Shown: piece after piece, positions 19,911 to 40,183 of the stretch
Numbering within the stretch: the stretch's first letter is position 1
Layout of the letters: every line of letters starts with the position of its first letter
Source: the human T2T-CHM13v2.0 reference genome, Homo sapiens
DNA: 64,000 nucleotides
Assembly: GCF_009914755.1 (NCBI RefSeq)
Contig: NC_060943.1
Direction: 5' to 3' (one strand)
Program-made: the position numbers and the translations under genes
The notes under the pieces: generated by a model
Told to the model about the DNA's origin: nothing
What the model saw: the letters and a program-made list of their open reading frames with translations, nothing else
Database searches by the model: none

Positions 19911-20102
<192 letters not shown>

Positions 20103-21296
20103 TAGTAGAGATAGGGTCTCACTATGTTGCCCAGGCTGGTCTTGAACTCCTGGGCTCAAGTGATCTGACTGCCTCAGCCTCTCAAAGTGCTGGAATTACA
20201 GGCATGAACCACTGCACCTCCTCCACAAATTTCATAATGGGTTGAGCTATTGGGACATTTTCCGAGCATAATAATAATTGCATGTTGCATTTGGGAGAAA
20301 AACATCATTTTAGAGCGTATAAAACCTGAAAGGGACCTCAGTGGGTTGTTACCGCATCTGTAAAAGGTTCGGGTAAGACTCATGGTCCCTCTCCTTTCCA
20401 GAGCCCCTCTGTTTACCACATCAAAGCATTTATAACCATAATCATCACAGCCAGATTCTTTATTTATTTATTTATTTTGAGACAGCGTTTTGCTCTGTCG
20501 CCCAGGCTATAGTACAGTGGTGCAATCTTGGCTCGCTGCAACCTCTGCCTCCAGGGTTCCAGCGATGCTCCTGCTTCAGCCTCCCAAGTAGCTGGGACTA
20601 CAGGTGTGCACCACCATGTCCATCTAATTTTTGTATTTTCAGTAGAGACAGGGTTTTGCAATATTGGCCAGGCTGGACTCAAACTCCTGACCTCAAGTGG
20701 TCCTCCCAAAGTGTTGGGATTAAAGGCATGAGCCACCATGCCCGGCCAACAGGCAGGTTTTTATGAGAATCCCCAAGAGCAGCACTTCTGCAGGGTACAC
20801 GGCTGTCACCCAGCTCTTTCCTACTCTGCACCTGCATCTGCTGAACGTGGCCGGAGAAAAACACATAATACAGTGGTGAGACTGAGCTCACCACAATTTC
20901 ACGATTACTCACCTGGGGGCTGGGGACTGCCTGCCAACCTCAGTCCTGTCTATTCACTCTCCCACCCTCCTGGGAATCTATTTCCTACCTGTGGTTCCCT
21001 CCTCCAACCTTGCCCACCTCCTCTCCATCCTCACCCTCACCCTTGACCCTGTTCTTAGTTCCTGGAGAGAAGAGAAGCCATCAGGAAACTTCCTCAGATT
21101 TTCTTGTTTTTTTTTGGTTTTGTTTTGTTTTTTGTTTTTTGTTTTTAATGGAGTCTTGCTTTATCTCCCAGGCTGGAGTGCAGTGGTGCAATCTCGGCTT
21201 ACTGCAACCTCCGCCTCCCGGCTTCAAGTGATTCTCCTGCCTTGGCCTGCTAAGTAGCTGGGACTACAAGTGCATGCCACCACACCCAGCTAATTC

Positions 21297-21328
<32 letters not shown>

Positions 21329-21689
21329 AGTAGAGACGGGGTTTTACCATGTTGATCAGGATGGTCTTGATCTCCTGACCTTTGATCCACCAACCTCGGC
21401 CTCCCAAAGTGCTGGGATTACAGGCATGAGCACCGCACCCGGCCCTTACGCAGGTTTTCAACACATCTACCCACCTACCTGTGACTATTGTTTTCCTCTC
21501 TCCTGTTAACTGCAGAAACACTCTCAGCCAAGGCCAACTTCTACGTGTGTACACTTGGTCCCCTTCTCTCTCGCCTACTCAGGGACATCAGTCAAGCAAG
21601 CCTCTGCTTTCTCTCCTGCACCATCAATTCTCCGGTATCTCCTCGAGCATTCTCATTGGCATCAAAGCACATTCTAATACAAACCTGCT

Positions 21690-21698
21690 TTTTCTTTT

Positions 21699-21770
<72 letters not shown>

Positions 21771-21788
21771 TTTCTTTCTTTCTTTCTT

Positions 21789-21829
<41 letters not shown>

Positions 21830-21835
21830 TTTTCT
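21690..21835. repeat. (TTTC)n/(TC)n microsatellite derived from an Alu tail
   Basis: Read directly; abuts a minus-strand Alu. Confidence 0.95.
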
Positions 21836-22213
21836 TTGAGATGGAATCTTGTACTGTTGCCTGGGCTGGAATGCAGTGGTGCGATCTCAGCTTACTGAAA
21901 CCTCCACCTCCTGGGTTCATGCGATTCTCCTGCCTCAGCCTCCCGAGTAGCTAGGATTACAGACACACACCACCATGCCTGGCTAATTTTATTATTATTA
22001 TTATTATTAGTAGTAGTAGTAGTATTTCTATTTGTATTTTTAGTAGAGACGGGGTTTCACTATGTTGGCCAGGCTGGTCTCGAACTCCTGACTTTGTGAT
22101 CTGCCTGCCTCAGCCTCCCAAAGTGCTAGGATTACAGGCGCGAGCCACCACGCTGGGCCTCTGCTTTTTAAACTCCGTGTCTGACTCTAGCTTCAATGTT
22201 CTGCTGCTCTTTA

Positions 22214-22710
<497 letters not shown>

Positions 22711-23370
22711 CTACAGGCATGTGCTACCATGTCTGGCTATTTTTAAAATGTTTTGTAGAGACAGAGTCTCCCTATGTTTCCCAGGCTGGTCTCGAACTCC
22801 TAGGCTCAAGTGATCCTCCCTCCTCAGCCTCCCAAATAGCTGGAATGGCAGGTGCAAGCCACTGTGCCCAGCTCCAAATCAGCTCTTGGTGATGTTACCA
22901 ATGACCCCTATGTGGCTCAGTCCCGTTGTCCAGTGGCCTGTCCTCATATTACTTGAGCTCCCTCCTTGTTGACAGTCATGCCTTCCTCCTTGGTTTATTT
23001 TCTCCCTCAGGTTCCAGGACACTCCACTCTCAAGACTTCCCTTCTGGCCCATTGGCTCCTCTGCAGTCTTGCCCGTCCTTGGAGTCTTTAAACATTGGAG
23101 GGCTGTAGGGCTCAGTTCTGGATTCTCTTCTCCTTTCTCTCTTCACTCACTCTTTTGGTGATGGACTCCCACATCAATCAGTCTAGGTTGGATCTTATCC
23201 CTGAACTCAGACTCATATTCACCTGTCCTCTCAATATTTCCACTGGGAAGTCTACTGGGTACCTCAACACTTCCAAAACCAAATTTCTGATTCACATTCT
23301 CCTCCTGTCTCCCTATACCTGCAATTCACCTAATCTCAATACGTGGAAACCTCATCTTGGCATCTTTTCA

Positions 23371-23810
<440 letters not shown>

Positions 23811-23829
23811 TTAATCTGTTGCTTAAATT

Positions 23830-24700
23830 CTTTTTTTATTGAGGTGAAATTCACATTAACAGAAAATTAACCATTTTAAAGTGAGCAATTCAGTGGCATT
23901 TAGTACGTTCATAATGTTGTGCAATCATCACCTCCATCTAGTTCCAAAACATTTCATCACCCCCCAAAGGAGACCTCACACCCATTAAACAGTGATTACC
24001 CATTCGCTCCTTCCCCCAGCCCCTGGCACCACAACACTATTTTCTGTCTCTGTGGACTTGCCTCTTCTGGACACTTCATATAAATGGAATCATACACTAT
24101 GTGACCTTTTGTGTTTGTCTTCTTTCACTTAGCATCATGTTTTCAAGGTTTATTATCCATGTTGTAGCATCTATCAGCACTTCATTTCTTTTCTCTTTTT
24201 CTTTTGTTTTTGAGATGGAGTCTTGCTCTGTCGCCCAGGCTCGAGTGCAGTAGCGCGATATTGGCTTGCCGCAACCTCCGCCTCCCGGGTTCAAGCAATT
24301 CTCCTGCCTCAGCCTCCTGAGTAGCTGGGATTACAGGCATGCGCCTCCATGCCTGGCTAATTTTGTATTTTTAGTAGAGACTAATATGGTTTTGCCATGT
24401 TGGCCACGCTGGTCTCGAACGTCTGACCTCAGGTGATCCGCCTGCCCCGGCCTCCCAAAGTGCTGAGATTACAGGCATGCCACTGCACCTGGCCTTATCT
24501 GCTCATAGATTTATGGACATTTGGGTTGTTTCCACCTTTTAGCTATTGTGAATAATGCTGTTATGAACATCCATGTACAAGTATTTGAATACCAGTTTTT
24601 AATTCCCAGGTATACACCTAGGAGTGTAATTGCTGGGTCATGTGTTAATTCTGTTTAACTTTCTGAGAAACTGGCTGTTTTCCATGTCCACATTATTTTA
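23830..24700 (-). mobile_element. Old L1M 3'-end fragment interrupted by an Alu
   Basis: Typical L1M 3' UTR text (GGACACTTCATATAAATGGAATCATAC; GCTATTGTGAATAATGCTG). Confidence 0.75.
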
Positions 24701-25435
24701 ACAGCCTAAGTTTTTTAATTTAAATTTTTATTTTTAGAGATCGGTTCTCACAGGCTGGAGTGCAGTGTCGAACTCCTGTCCTCAAACAATCCACCTGCCT
24801 CAACCTCCCGAGTAGCTAACAGCCTATTCTTAATGCAGCCACCATAATGATCATTGAAGACATGAATGAGTAGGCCAGGCGGTGGGGCTCACCCCTGTAA
24901 TCCTAGTACTTTGGGAGGCTGAGGCGGGTGGATTGCTTGAACTCAGGCGTTCCAGACCAGCCTGGGTAACATGGCGAAACCTCGTCTCTACTAACAATAC
25001 AAAAGTTAGCCAGGTGTGGTGGTGCATGCCTGTAATCCTGCTACTCGCGGGGTTGAGGCAGGAGGATTGCTTGAAACAGGGAGGCTGAGGTTTCAGTAAG
25101 CCGAGATGGAGCCACTGCACTCCAGCCTGGGTGACAAAGTGAGACCCTGATTCAAAAAAAAAACAAAAAAAGACATGAGTAAAATTATGTCCTCTCTGCC
25201 TAATACCTTCGATGGCTCCCACCTCACTCAGAGTAAAACAAAAGGCCTCACAAGGGCCGACAAGGCCTTATATAACCTGGTCTCAGGCATCCTCCCAGAC
25301 ATCATCTTCTGTCACACTCCACACACTCAATATTGATGTCTTTGCTGTTTCTTAGAAACACCAGGCATGTTCCCACTACAGGGCCTTTGCACTCACTGTC
25401 TCATCTTCTTGCAATGGTCCACCTTGGTACCCTCA

Positions 25436-26091
<656 letters not shown>

Positions 26092-26195
26092 TCACTTGCT
26101 TCAGGTCTCTGCTCTAAGTCAGCTTTTCTGAGACATCTTCCCACCCCTCTAACCCCCAGTTCCATCCACTTCACTCTGCTTTATTTTCTCTGTAG

Positions 26196-26582
<387 letters not shown>

Positions 26583-26889
26583 TGAGCTTTTCCTGTTTGT
26601 TACCAGATGTTTCTACCTCCAGCACCCAGAAAAGTGCCTGGAACATAGCAGGTGCTCAATAAATGGCCTGACAAGTGAGTGAAGAAATAAGTGAAGCAAT
26701 GAATTGAACTCCACTTACAGATGAAGAAAGTGAAGTTCCCAGAAGAGGCATGACTTGTGGGAGGTCTCACAGCTGGCAAGGGAAAGCCTTCAGATTCTAA
26801 TCCATGTTTCCTTTTTTTTAATTGTTATTTATTTATTAATTATTTTCTTAGAGACAGAGTCTTGCTCTGTCACTCAAGCTGGAGTGCAG

Positions 26890-28250
<1,361 letters not shown>

Positions 28251-28499
28251 ATCCCCGCGCTCAATTCCTTTAGCTGGATCCTTCCAGTTCATGACTGATC
28301 GGTTTAAAATATGGGTCGTTCAAAAGCCGTGTGAACCCGGGCTAGTGGCTATACCTCTCTGAGACTGTTTTCTTAGTGGTAAAATGGAAATCATAATAAC
28401 TTTGCAGGGCTGTTATAAAGTTTAAATAAGCCAAGTCCTGCAAAATGCTTAGTGCAGGTTTGGAATGCACCAAGCGATGACAAATCTCAACCTGTCTTT

Positions 28500-29010
28500 A
28501 TGCTGAGACCACTCCCCAGTTTCCGGAGCCGCGGCCACTATCTCCCCATGCGCATGCACACGCGGCTCTCCCTTCCAGGCCCTCCCCACCACGTGGGCGC
28601 GGCCTACCCTCCCGCAGGGGGTAATAGGTGGAGTCAAGGGGCTACTTCCGGGATTCTTTCCCTTCCACTCTGGGGAACAACCTTTTTGTATGACTGGCAG
28701 CATTATTAGCCAGTAGTGATTAGAGAAGAGCCCGACGTTAGGTGCCTCCCCCAACCCATTTGGGACAGCCTCTTCTTAGTTAGCCAATTGGAAGTTTTGG
28801 AGGGCGGGTTCTCCTCTGGGGGAGGGACAGAGTGATGGGCGTCTCTTTTGGCTAATGGAAACTTGGCTGCTGGTAAGCTGTGACCAATCAGAAGCGAGAA
28901 CGCCGGATCCTGGGGCGGGGCTGGAGCTTCGTCAGTTGAACCGCTCGCGAGGAGGGTTGCTAGTGGAGAAGGTGAGAGGCCGCGGGAGTGGCGGTTGCGC
29001 GGGCCGTGGT
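28500..29010 (+). promoter_or_regulatory. CCDC61 CpG-rich TATA-less promoter
   Basis: NRF1-like TGCGCATGCA 28549-28558, E-box CACGTG 28590-28595, ETS ACTTCCGG 28644-28651, CCAAT at 28784 and 28884, GC box GGGGCGGGG 28912-28920. Confidence 0.8.
28925..28971 (+). other. CCDC61: Probable non-coding exon 1 of CCDC61 (5' end approximate)
   Basis: Strong donor AAG|GTGAGA at 28971/28972 just downstream of the CCAAT/GC boxes. Exon 2 begins at an acceptor 11 nt before the ATG, so an upstream exon is required. Confidence 0.7.
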
Positions 29011-30857
29011 GGAGGTCTTAGGTGGAGGGGAAGGGACTTCTCTTGGGGGAGAGTGGGCTGCGGTGGGCAGCTGACCTGGCCTTGTAGGAATCGGGAGGGA
29101 GGGTGCCTTTTAACAAGGGTAGGCGCTTGATTGAGGGGTTGTGAGGCTGAGCGCAGCATGTGAGTTGGGGGTGATCTGTATATCGCAGGAGGGTCTTCAA
29201 TGGGGAAAGTTGTAAAGCAGGAGACAGCAGATGGTAAAATATAGAGATGTCCTTGGAATGCAGCGTGGCGATTTAGTAGGAGGTTTTAAGGCAGAGGGTT
29301 ATTACAGCGCACTATGCTTTACAAGCTTTGATTTGGGTGAAAGTCGTGGGAAGAAGCAATATTGAGGAAGGGAGGGAAGGAGACCTCCAGGGATGAGCAT
29401 GTACTTTAAAGAGATGTGAAGCCCTATTATGCCTGTGGCGTTTGCTATGTGCTGTGCACCTGCCAAGTGTTTTAGGTGAATTAACTCTTAAACTTACTCT
29501 ACTGATGGTTAAGAATGTGGGCTCTGGCGTCGGGTTGAATCCCGAATTTGAATCCTGGCTCTGCCACTGATCATTACTGTGGCTTTGGGCCAGTTGTTTA
29601 ACCCTTCTGTGCCTCAGCTTCATCATCAGTAGAATGACATCATCTCTGTCTATACCATTGGCTAGCTTCACCCTCTTTATCTAATGAGAACTCCCACGTG
29701 TGTATTTCCAGCCTGGATCTCTGCCCTGAACTCCAGACTCATATCGTGGCCGACTCTTCTCTCTTTGGAAGTTCATCTGACATTCAGACATAAACTTGTC
29801 CCAAACCAATCTTGCGATTTCTTCCTTTCAACCTCCAAACCCAGTTGATGGGACATTCATCCTGCCAGGTACTAAGATCAAGAAGCTTGGAGTGTTCTTT
29901 TTTTTTTTTTTTTTTTGAGACAGAGTTTCGCTCTTGTAGCCCAGGCTGGAGTGCAATGGCGCGATCTCGGCTCACTGAAACCTCCACTTCCCAGATTCAA
30001 GGGAATTACAGGCGCCCGCCACCACACCCAGCTAATTGTTTGTATTTTTAGTAGAGAAGGGGTTTCACTATGTTGGCCAGGTTGGTCTTGAACTCGTGAC
30101 CTCAGGTGATCCACCCGCCTCAGCCTCCCAAAGTGTTGGGATTACAGGCGTGAGCCACCGTGCCTGGCTAGCTTGGAGTCTTCTTCACTTCTCCCTTTTG
30201 TCTTACTTATATATGGTCTAGCAGATCGCATTAGCTCTGTCTTCAAAACACATCCAGAATCCAGCCACGCCTCACCAGCTCCTTTGCTACCATTCTGGCC
30301 TCAGTTTGTCTCCTGCTCTTACCTGGTTTGTTGCAGTGGCCTTCCAGGTGGGCTCTCTGCCTCTCACTGTTAGGGGGATACTAGTAGAACAGAAGTCAGG
30401 TCAGGTTGCTCCTCCTTTCAAACCCTCTCCTGGCTCCCATGTTACACTGCAAAAGTCTTCACCATATCCACGAGGCCCCAACCTATTGGGTTCCTCCTCC
30501 TCCCTTCCCTCAACTCCCATCACTTCTCTCATTCCCCTGGCTCACTCTGCTGCACCACCCTGGCCTCCTTGCTGTCATTTGAACATAGCGAACACATTGC
30601 CATCTCAGGGCCTTTGTACTCGCTGTCCCTGAACGCACTGCCACCTCAGGGCCTTTGTACTCGCTGTCCTGTCCTTCTGGATCAGGTCTTTTCAGGTGTC
30701 TGTGTGGCTTCTTCCACACCTCTTTCAGGTCTCCGCTCAGACGTCAGCTTCACAACCAGGCATTTGCTAAAGTACTACTCAAGCTAAAATAACTCCTGTC
30801 ACTGTATGGCCCTTCACTTGGCTTTATTTTTCTTCATAACACCACTACCTGATATAG

Positions 30858-31172
<315 letters not shown>

Positions 31173-31180
31173 TGAGATAG

Positions 31181-31666
<486 letters not shown>

Positions 31667-34548
31667 TAGGGTCGGAGGTGGGGGAATAAACTGGGCAGAT
31701 TGTGGCGCCCAAGGGCAGAAGGAACCTTTAGTGTCTGAAGGAACTTGGAGGAAATGCAGATTTCTGGGCCCACCCCCAGAGTTTCTGCTTGTGTATAGTT
31801 GGGACCCGACCTAGGAAGCTGCATTTTCATAAGCACTTGTGGTAAGGATTATGTTCCTTGGCCATCACTGTGAGAAACACTGTTAGGCTGGTTCAGAGTT
31901 TGCTGGGGCCACTGTGGTGATTGAGACAGCTCCTGACCCAGCCTGGGAGTCAGGGAGGGCTTCCTGCAGGAGAGGGGATTGGAGCTGAGACCTGGAGGAT
32001 GACAGGGAATGAGCCGAGGGGAGAAAACCTTGGCTGTATCCCCAGTGTCTAGAACCCCATTCCCTGGCATCTCCCGTTAAATTCACAAGCAGTCCCTGAA
32101 GATACAAGATTGATTAAAATGGCTCTGCCCTCACGGGCTCCTGGTCTGTCAAATAATCAACAGATCACACAGATGGTAACAGGGAGTGCCAGCCACTGTT
32201 TGAAGCACCTTATATACACTAAATAATTTAGTTCAACAACAACCCTATAAGGTAGGAGCTCTTATTATCCCGCTTTACTGATGGGGGAAGGCCCAGAGAG
32301 GGCAAGTACTTTGCCCAAGGACACACCAAGGAGAAAGGCAGCTGGAATCTGAACCCAGAAGTACCCAGCCTGCAGCATGTGCCATGCTTAAGGTGTGAGG
32401 CCGCATTTGGGTTAGTTCTGGGAGGAAACAGGAGGTGGTCAGGGAAGGTCAGCTGGGTAAGGGGAAGGAAGACGAATGTTTCTGTCTTTCATGGTGGGAT
32501 CCTAGACAAGCCTCAGTTTCATCCTCTGTATAATGGGGATGGTTATAATACCCACCAGAGAGCAGAATTTAGGGTGAGTCATTCATTGGGTTAATAAGTG
32601 TGCATGGTCCTTATCTAAGGCAAAAGTTTGCCTTTGAGAGACAGTGGGAGAGGGAGTTGATGCCCCAGGGGGAACTGGGGTGCCGCAGTGTGCACCGTAG
32701 AGATTTCATTGCTTGGTTCCCCAGAGGGCTTCTCTGTCTCTACAGTCTATGGGGACAATGTGGAAGGCTTTGGTCTGTATTCTGGGGCAGTGAAGGGGGG
32801 GTTCTATCCAGCCTCAATTCACCCACGTGGTGGGGAGGTGAGGTCAGAATGGGGTCGGGAAGGGGGTCATCCAGGCCAGGCCACGCGTGTGAATGTGGGG
32901 CGGAGGGCTGCTGCAGGAGAGAGCCCATCTAGGGTATGGCTGGGCTGGAATATGTGTTGGCGGTGGTGGGGAGCTGCAGAGTGTGGGGAAACAGCCATCA
33001 GGTGTGGGCTGCCAAGGGCAGTGATTTGCCCGTGTCTGGTATGGGAGGTAGTGATGTAGATTTGTCTTTGGTGAGCCCAGCGTGGAGAGTTTTCAGCTCC
33101 GGCCCCGGGGTAAGAGCTGTGAAATCTGTGAGCTATCTGGGGAGAGCCATTTGGAAGGTGGAGCCAGGGGTGGTGATGTAACGCTGGAAAGGAAAGGGGT
33201 CATCCTAGTGAATGATGAGAGGGAGAGAGCTGGGGGCTGAAACACTGGGTGTAAGTGTGCCAGCGCCATGATGTCATGAGGCCCGAGAAGTGGGTCAGGT
33301 GTGTGGGCCAGGATGGGGCCTGGAGGGCAGCCGCACAGTGCTCGCAGGGATGGGGTGGTGACGTCATGGGTTGGTGAGGGCGGGGCCTCGAAGGCACCGC
33401 TGGGATGCGTGAGGTCAGGAAGGAGGCAGAGGCTGAGAAGAGGAACTGGGAGAGGCTCAGGACTGGAATGAAATCAGCCACCAGGATGAGCCACTGGTCA
33501 TTCCGAAGCAAGGATGGAGGATGCAGGTAGAGGGACAGGGTCAGCGGCGGGAGGGGAGAGGGGGCTCAGGGTCCGGGGAATCCTAGAAGTGGCGGTGGTG
33601 GTGGGGTCAGTGGAGAGGAGGGGTTGTTCAGAGAGGGCTCTCTAAAGGGAAGAGAGGTGGAAAATATGTGTGCGGGTGGAGTGGGGGTTGGGGGTGGGGT
33701 TACAAGCAATTTGGGAGGGAACAGAATCCAGGTGAAATATGGGAGTGATGGAATACAGGCTGAAAGTGGGATGTGTGGAGCAGAACCTTGAGCAAATATG
33801 CGGGAAGAATGCAGTTGGAATAACGGGGTGCATTGAAGTTGAATATGCGGGAGCCCTAGGAGACCGTGGGTGGCTGGTGTAGGGAGGAGAGTGCGGCTGC
33901 CTCCCTGCCCCCAAATCTGGGAGAGCAGGATGGAATGAAGGGGCTTTGGACGGGAGAGAGGGGGCTGGTTTCCGGGGAATGTAGCATGAGGGTTGGGCTG
34001 GAATATGTGGAGTGGGAGGTTCTGCAGAGAGGAGGGGAAGGGGAGTCCAGAATTCCGTGGCCATCTGGGGGACAAGTGACGGGCAGCTGGGGTCAGGGAG
34101 GCCGTGTGGAGCTGGCACGGGTGTGGGATTTATTCCATCAGCAGTTACTGAGCACTTAGGACATGCCTAGAGGAGGGGAAGGGGCCGGGCAGCGGGTGAA
34201 GTTTGTGGAGGTGAGAGAGGTGTAAGTGTGCAAGGGGAATTGAGTTTAGGCAGAGTATTCGGTGGCTCAGTGTCTGGGATCAGGGCGGGGTGGGGGCTAA
34301 GGACAAGGCAATGGGATGCCGAAAGGGGCTGCTCTTCGCGGGGTGGGTATGGGGGGTTTCTGCCGAGCAGTGGGGAAAGGGGAGTTGGCGGCGGGGATGC
34401 GGTGTGGCGGGCCCCCTTCCTCTGTGCGGTCTCCTCCCGGGAGTTGGGGACCACGAGTGGGGGCGGTGATGCTGTGCGGCTCCTCAGGTGTTCAGTTCCG
34501 TGGGTGCCTCCTACGCCTTGGTAACCCGGACGGTGTCGCCGCTGATAG

Positions 34549-35056
<508 letters not shown>

Positions 35057-35347
35057 TGAATTTTCCAGGGGAAGGGGGTCCCCGAATTCATCAGCCCTTC
35101 CAAAGCACTCTTCTCCCAAATGAAGTTAAGAGCTGTGATCTAGAGAGAGGTGTCTGTCAGGAGGTCTAGGGCCTACGCCATTGCCCTTGGGCCTCTGAGA
35201 AAAGAGATCTGTGGATGGGCCTGGGGGGTGGTAATTTGGGAGCCACTGAAATGAACTTGCAAAAGGTTTTGGGACTATTCATTTATCTGCAGAAGGCTCA
35301 GAAATTTCATTAGATTCTCAAAGGCTCAAGGACTCTAAAAAGGTTAA

Positions 35348-35593
<246 letters not shown>

Positions 35594-36488
35594 TAGTAGA
35601 GATGGGGTTTCACCATTGTTGGCCAGGCTGGTCTGGAACTCCTGACCTCATGATCCACCTGCCTCGCCTCCCAAAGTGCTGGGATTACAGGCATGAGCCA
35701 CCGCACCTGGCCTGCTCTGACCCCCTTTTAAAAGCTTGGCTCATCCTACTCCAATACCCCCGTCCCTCTTTCCAGCTTGACTTTTCTCCACAAATGTTTG
35801 CTGAATGAATGAATGAATAATAATAAATATATAATGAGTATAAGACTTAATAAATTAATACTAATATTAATCATGATTCTTTTTTTGGCCATCATGTATT
35901 TCTTTTCTTTCTTTTTTTTTTTTTAACTGAGTCAGGGTCTCACTCTGTCACCCAGACTGGAGTGCAGTGGCAAGATCACAGCTCACTGCAAGCTCTGCCT
36001 CCAGCCTCCCGAGTAGCTGGGACCACAGGCATGCACCACCACACCTGGCAATTTTTTTGTATTTTTAGTAGAGGTGGGGTTTCACCACATTGCCCAGGCT
36101 GGTCTTGAACTCTTGAGCTCAAGTGATCCTCCTGCCTCAGCCTCCCAAAGTGCTGGGATAACAGTTGTCAGCCACCGCGCCCGGCTTGGCAATCATGAAT
36201 TTCTAGTATCCAGCACATATTGGACACAGCCTCCAGGTCACAGTACCAAGTACTTTTATACATATTGCCCAATGTAATCCTCACAACAAGTCCACGAGGT
36301 TGGTGCCATTATTATACCCATTTTCCAGATGAGGAAACTAAGGCACAGAGAGGTGAATTCGCTTTCCCAGGATGCCACAGCTGGTAAATGATGGAGCCAG
36401 GATATGAGGCCTGGCCTTCCAACTCATGAGCCTGGGCTCTGAGCTCCTCTAGGTTTCTCTCTCATCTCCTTCTCCAGCAACCTTGGCC

Positions 36489-36636
36489 ATGGACCAGCCG
36501 GCTGGCCTGCAGGTGGACTACGTCTTCCGGGGTGTGGAGCATGCCGTGCGGGTGATGGTTTCTGGGCAGGTGCTGGAGCTGGAGGTGGAGGACCGGATGA
36601 CGGCTGACCAGTGGCGGGGCGAGTTCGATGCTGGCT
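36489..36636 (+). CDS. CCDC61: CCDC61 (VFL3 orthologue; centrosomal SAS6/XRCC4-fold protein) coding exon 2
   Basis: Acceptor TCTCCAG|36478; GCC-ATG-G; MDQPAGLQVDYVFRG...WRGEFDAG; donor GTGAGT; 148 nt. Confidence 0.95.
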
Positions 36637-36888
36637 GTGAGTGTGCCTGCCTGGGGTGGGCTCACCTTTCCTCTCCTGGGATCAGCTTCTCCCAGAATAT
36701 CAGGCCACCCTGAATCCTGCCCACCTGCCTCTTCTTTGTCACCAGAAACTCTCCAGTGTGGGGAGGGGTGTAGGTCTTGTTGCTCAAGCCAGAGACACTG
36801 GAGTCGGGTAGAATTGCAGAGCTTAGGTGCATTGCCCTGGGGCTGGGCAAGCGGTCAGACCTCAGGAGAGACTTTTCTCCCCACCCAG

Positions 36889-36971
36889 TCATTGAAGATT
36901 TGACTCACAAGACAGGGAACTTCAAACAGTTCAACATCTTCTGTCATATGCTGGAGTCAGCCCTCACTCAG
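36889..36971 (+). CDS. CCDC61: CCDC61 exon 3
   Basis: CAG|...|GTAGGG; FIEDLTHKTGNFKQFNIFCHMLESALTQ; 83 nt, phase consistent. Confidence 0.95.
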
Positions 36972-37233
36972 GTAGGGCCCGGGTTGGCGGGTTGGGGTGG
37001 GAGGGGGGTTCTGTCTTCCAGGTTCCAGGGGGGTTGATGCCCATCTGATGTATGTAAGACCCTCTACCTTCTCTTTCATTGTGGGAAGAGGGCGATCATT
37101 TTCTTCTTTTGCCAAGTGTAAATGCTTCATTTTGAACTTAATGATAGTTATTCTCATGTAGAAAATTTAGGTCACAGAGAAATATAAAGAAGAAAGTAAA
37201 AATCACTCCAGCCCTAATACTCGCTTCTGTTAA

Positions 37234-37584
<351 letters not shown>

Positions 37585-37645
37585 TAGTAGAGACGGGGTT
37601 TCATCATGTTGACTAGGCTGGTGTGGAGCTCCGGACATCAGGTGA

Positions 37646-38261
<616 letters not shown>

Positions 38262-38500
38262 TAGAACTTAGAGTGACAGGGATGGGTGGTATTTAGATAT
38301 CTTTTTTTTTTTTTTTTTTTTTTTTTTGAGACAAGAGTTTTGCTCGGTTGCCCAGGCTTAGTGGCACAGTCTCAGCTCACTGCAACCTCCGCGTCTCGGG
38401 TTCAAGTGATTCTCATGCCTCAGCCTCCCAAGTAGCTGGGACTACAGGCCTGCCCACCATGCCCAGCTAATTTTTGTATTTATTTATTTATTTTTTTTGA

Positions 38501-39800
<1,300 letters not shown>

Positions 39801-40025
39801 TCTAAGCTGTTCTCTCTGGTTGAGCATTTAGGTTCTTTCTGGTTTCTTCCTTCGATGAAGTCCTTGTGTCTGCCCTAGGACAGGGCCATGTTGATTGCCA
39901 GCCTTCGCGTAGGAAAGCCTAGCCCGCCTAGAGAACGGGAAGGGCTGTGGCCCAGGTGTGTGCTAGGTGCCCTCCGTGTGGCAGTGGCGGGTGCTGTGGC
40001 AGCTCCTCCTCTCCTCTCCTGACAG

Positions 40026-40183
40026 AGTAGTGAGTCAGTCACCCTGGACCTGCTGACCTACACAGACCTGGAGTCCCTGCGGAACCGCAAGATGGGGGGC
40101 CGCCCAGGCTCCTTGGCCCCCAGGTCGGCCCAGCTCAACTCCAAGCGCTACCTGATCCTCATCTACTCCGTGGAGTTTGACAG
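40026..40183 (+). CDS. CCDC61: CCDC61 exon 4
   Basis: SSESVTLDLLTYTDLESLRNRK...KRYLILIYSVEFDR; 158 nt; AG/GT boundaries. Confidence 0.95.

Noticed and set aside
33405-33530. ATG-led segment ending at CAG|GTAGAG as an alternative CCDC61 coding exon
   Set aside because: Splicing to exon 2 would be out of frame with the main ATG, and the donor is weak.
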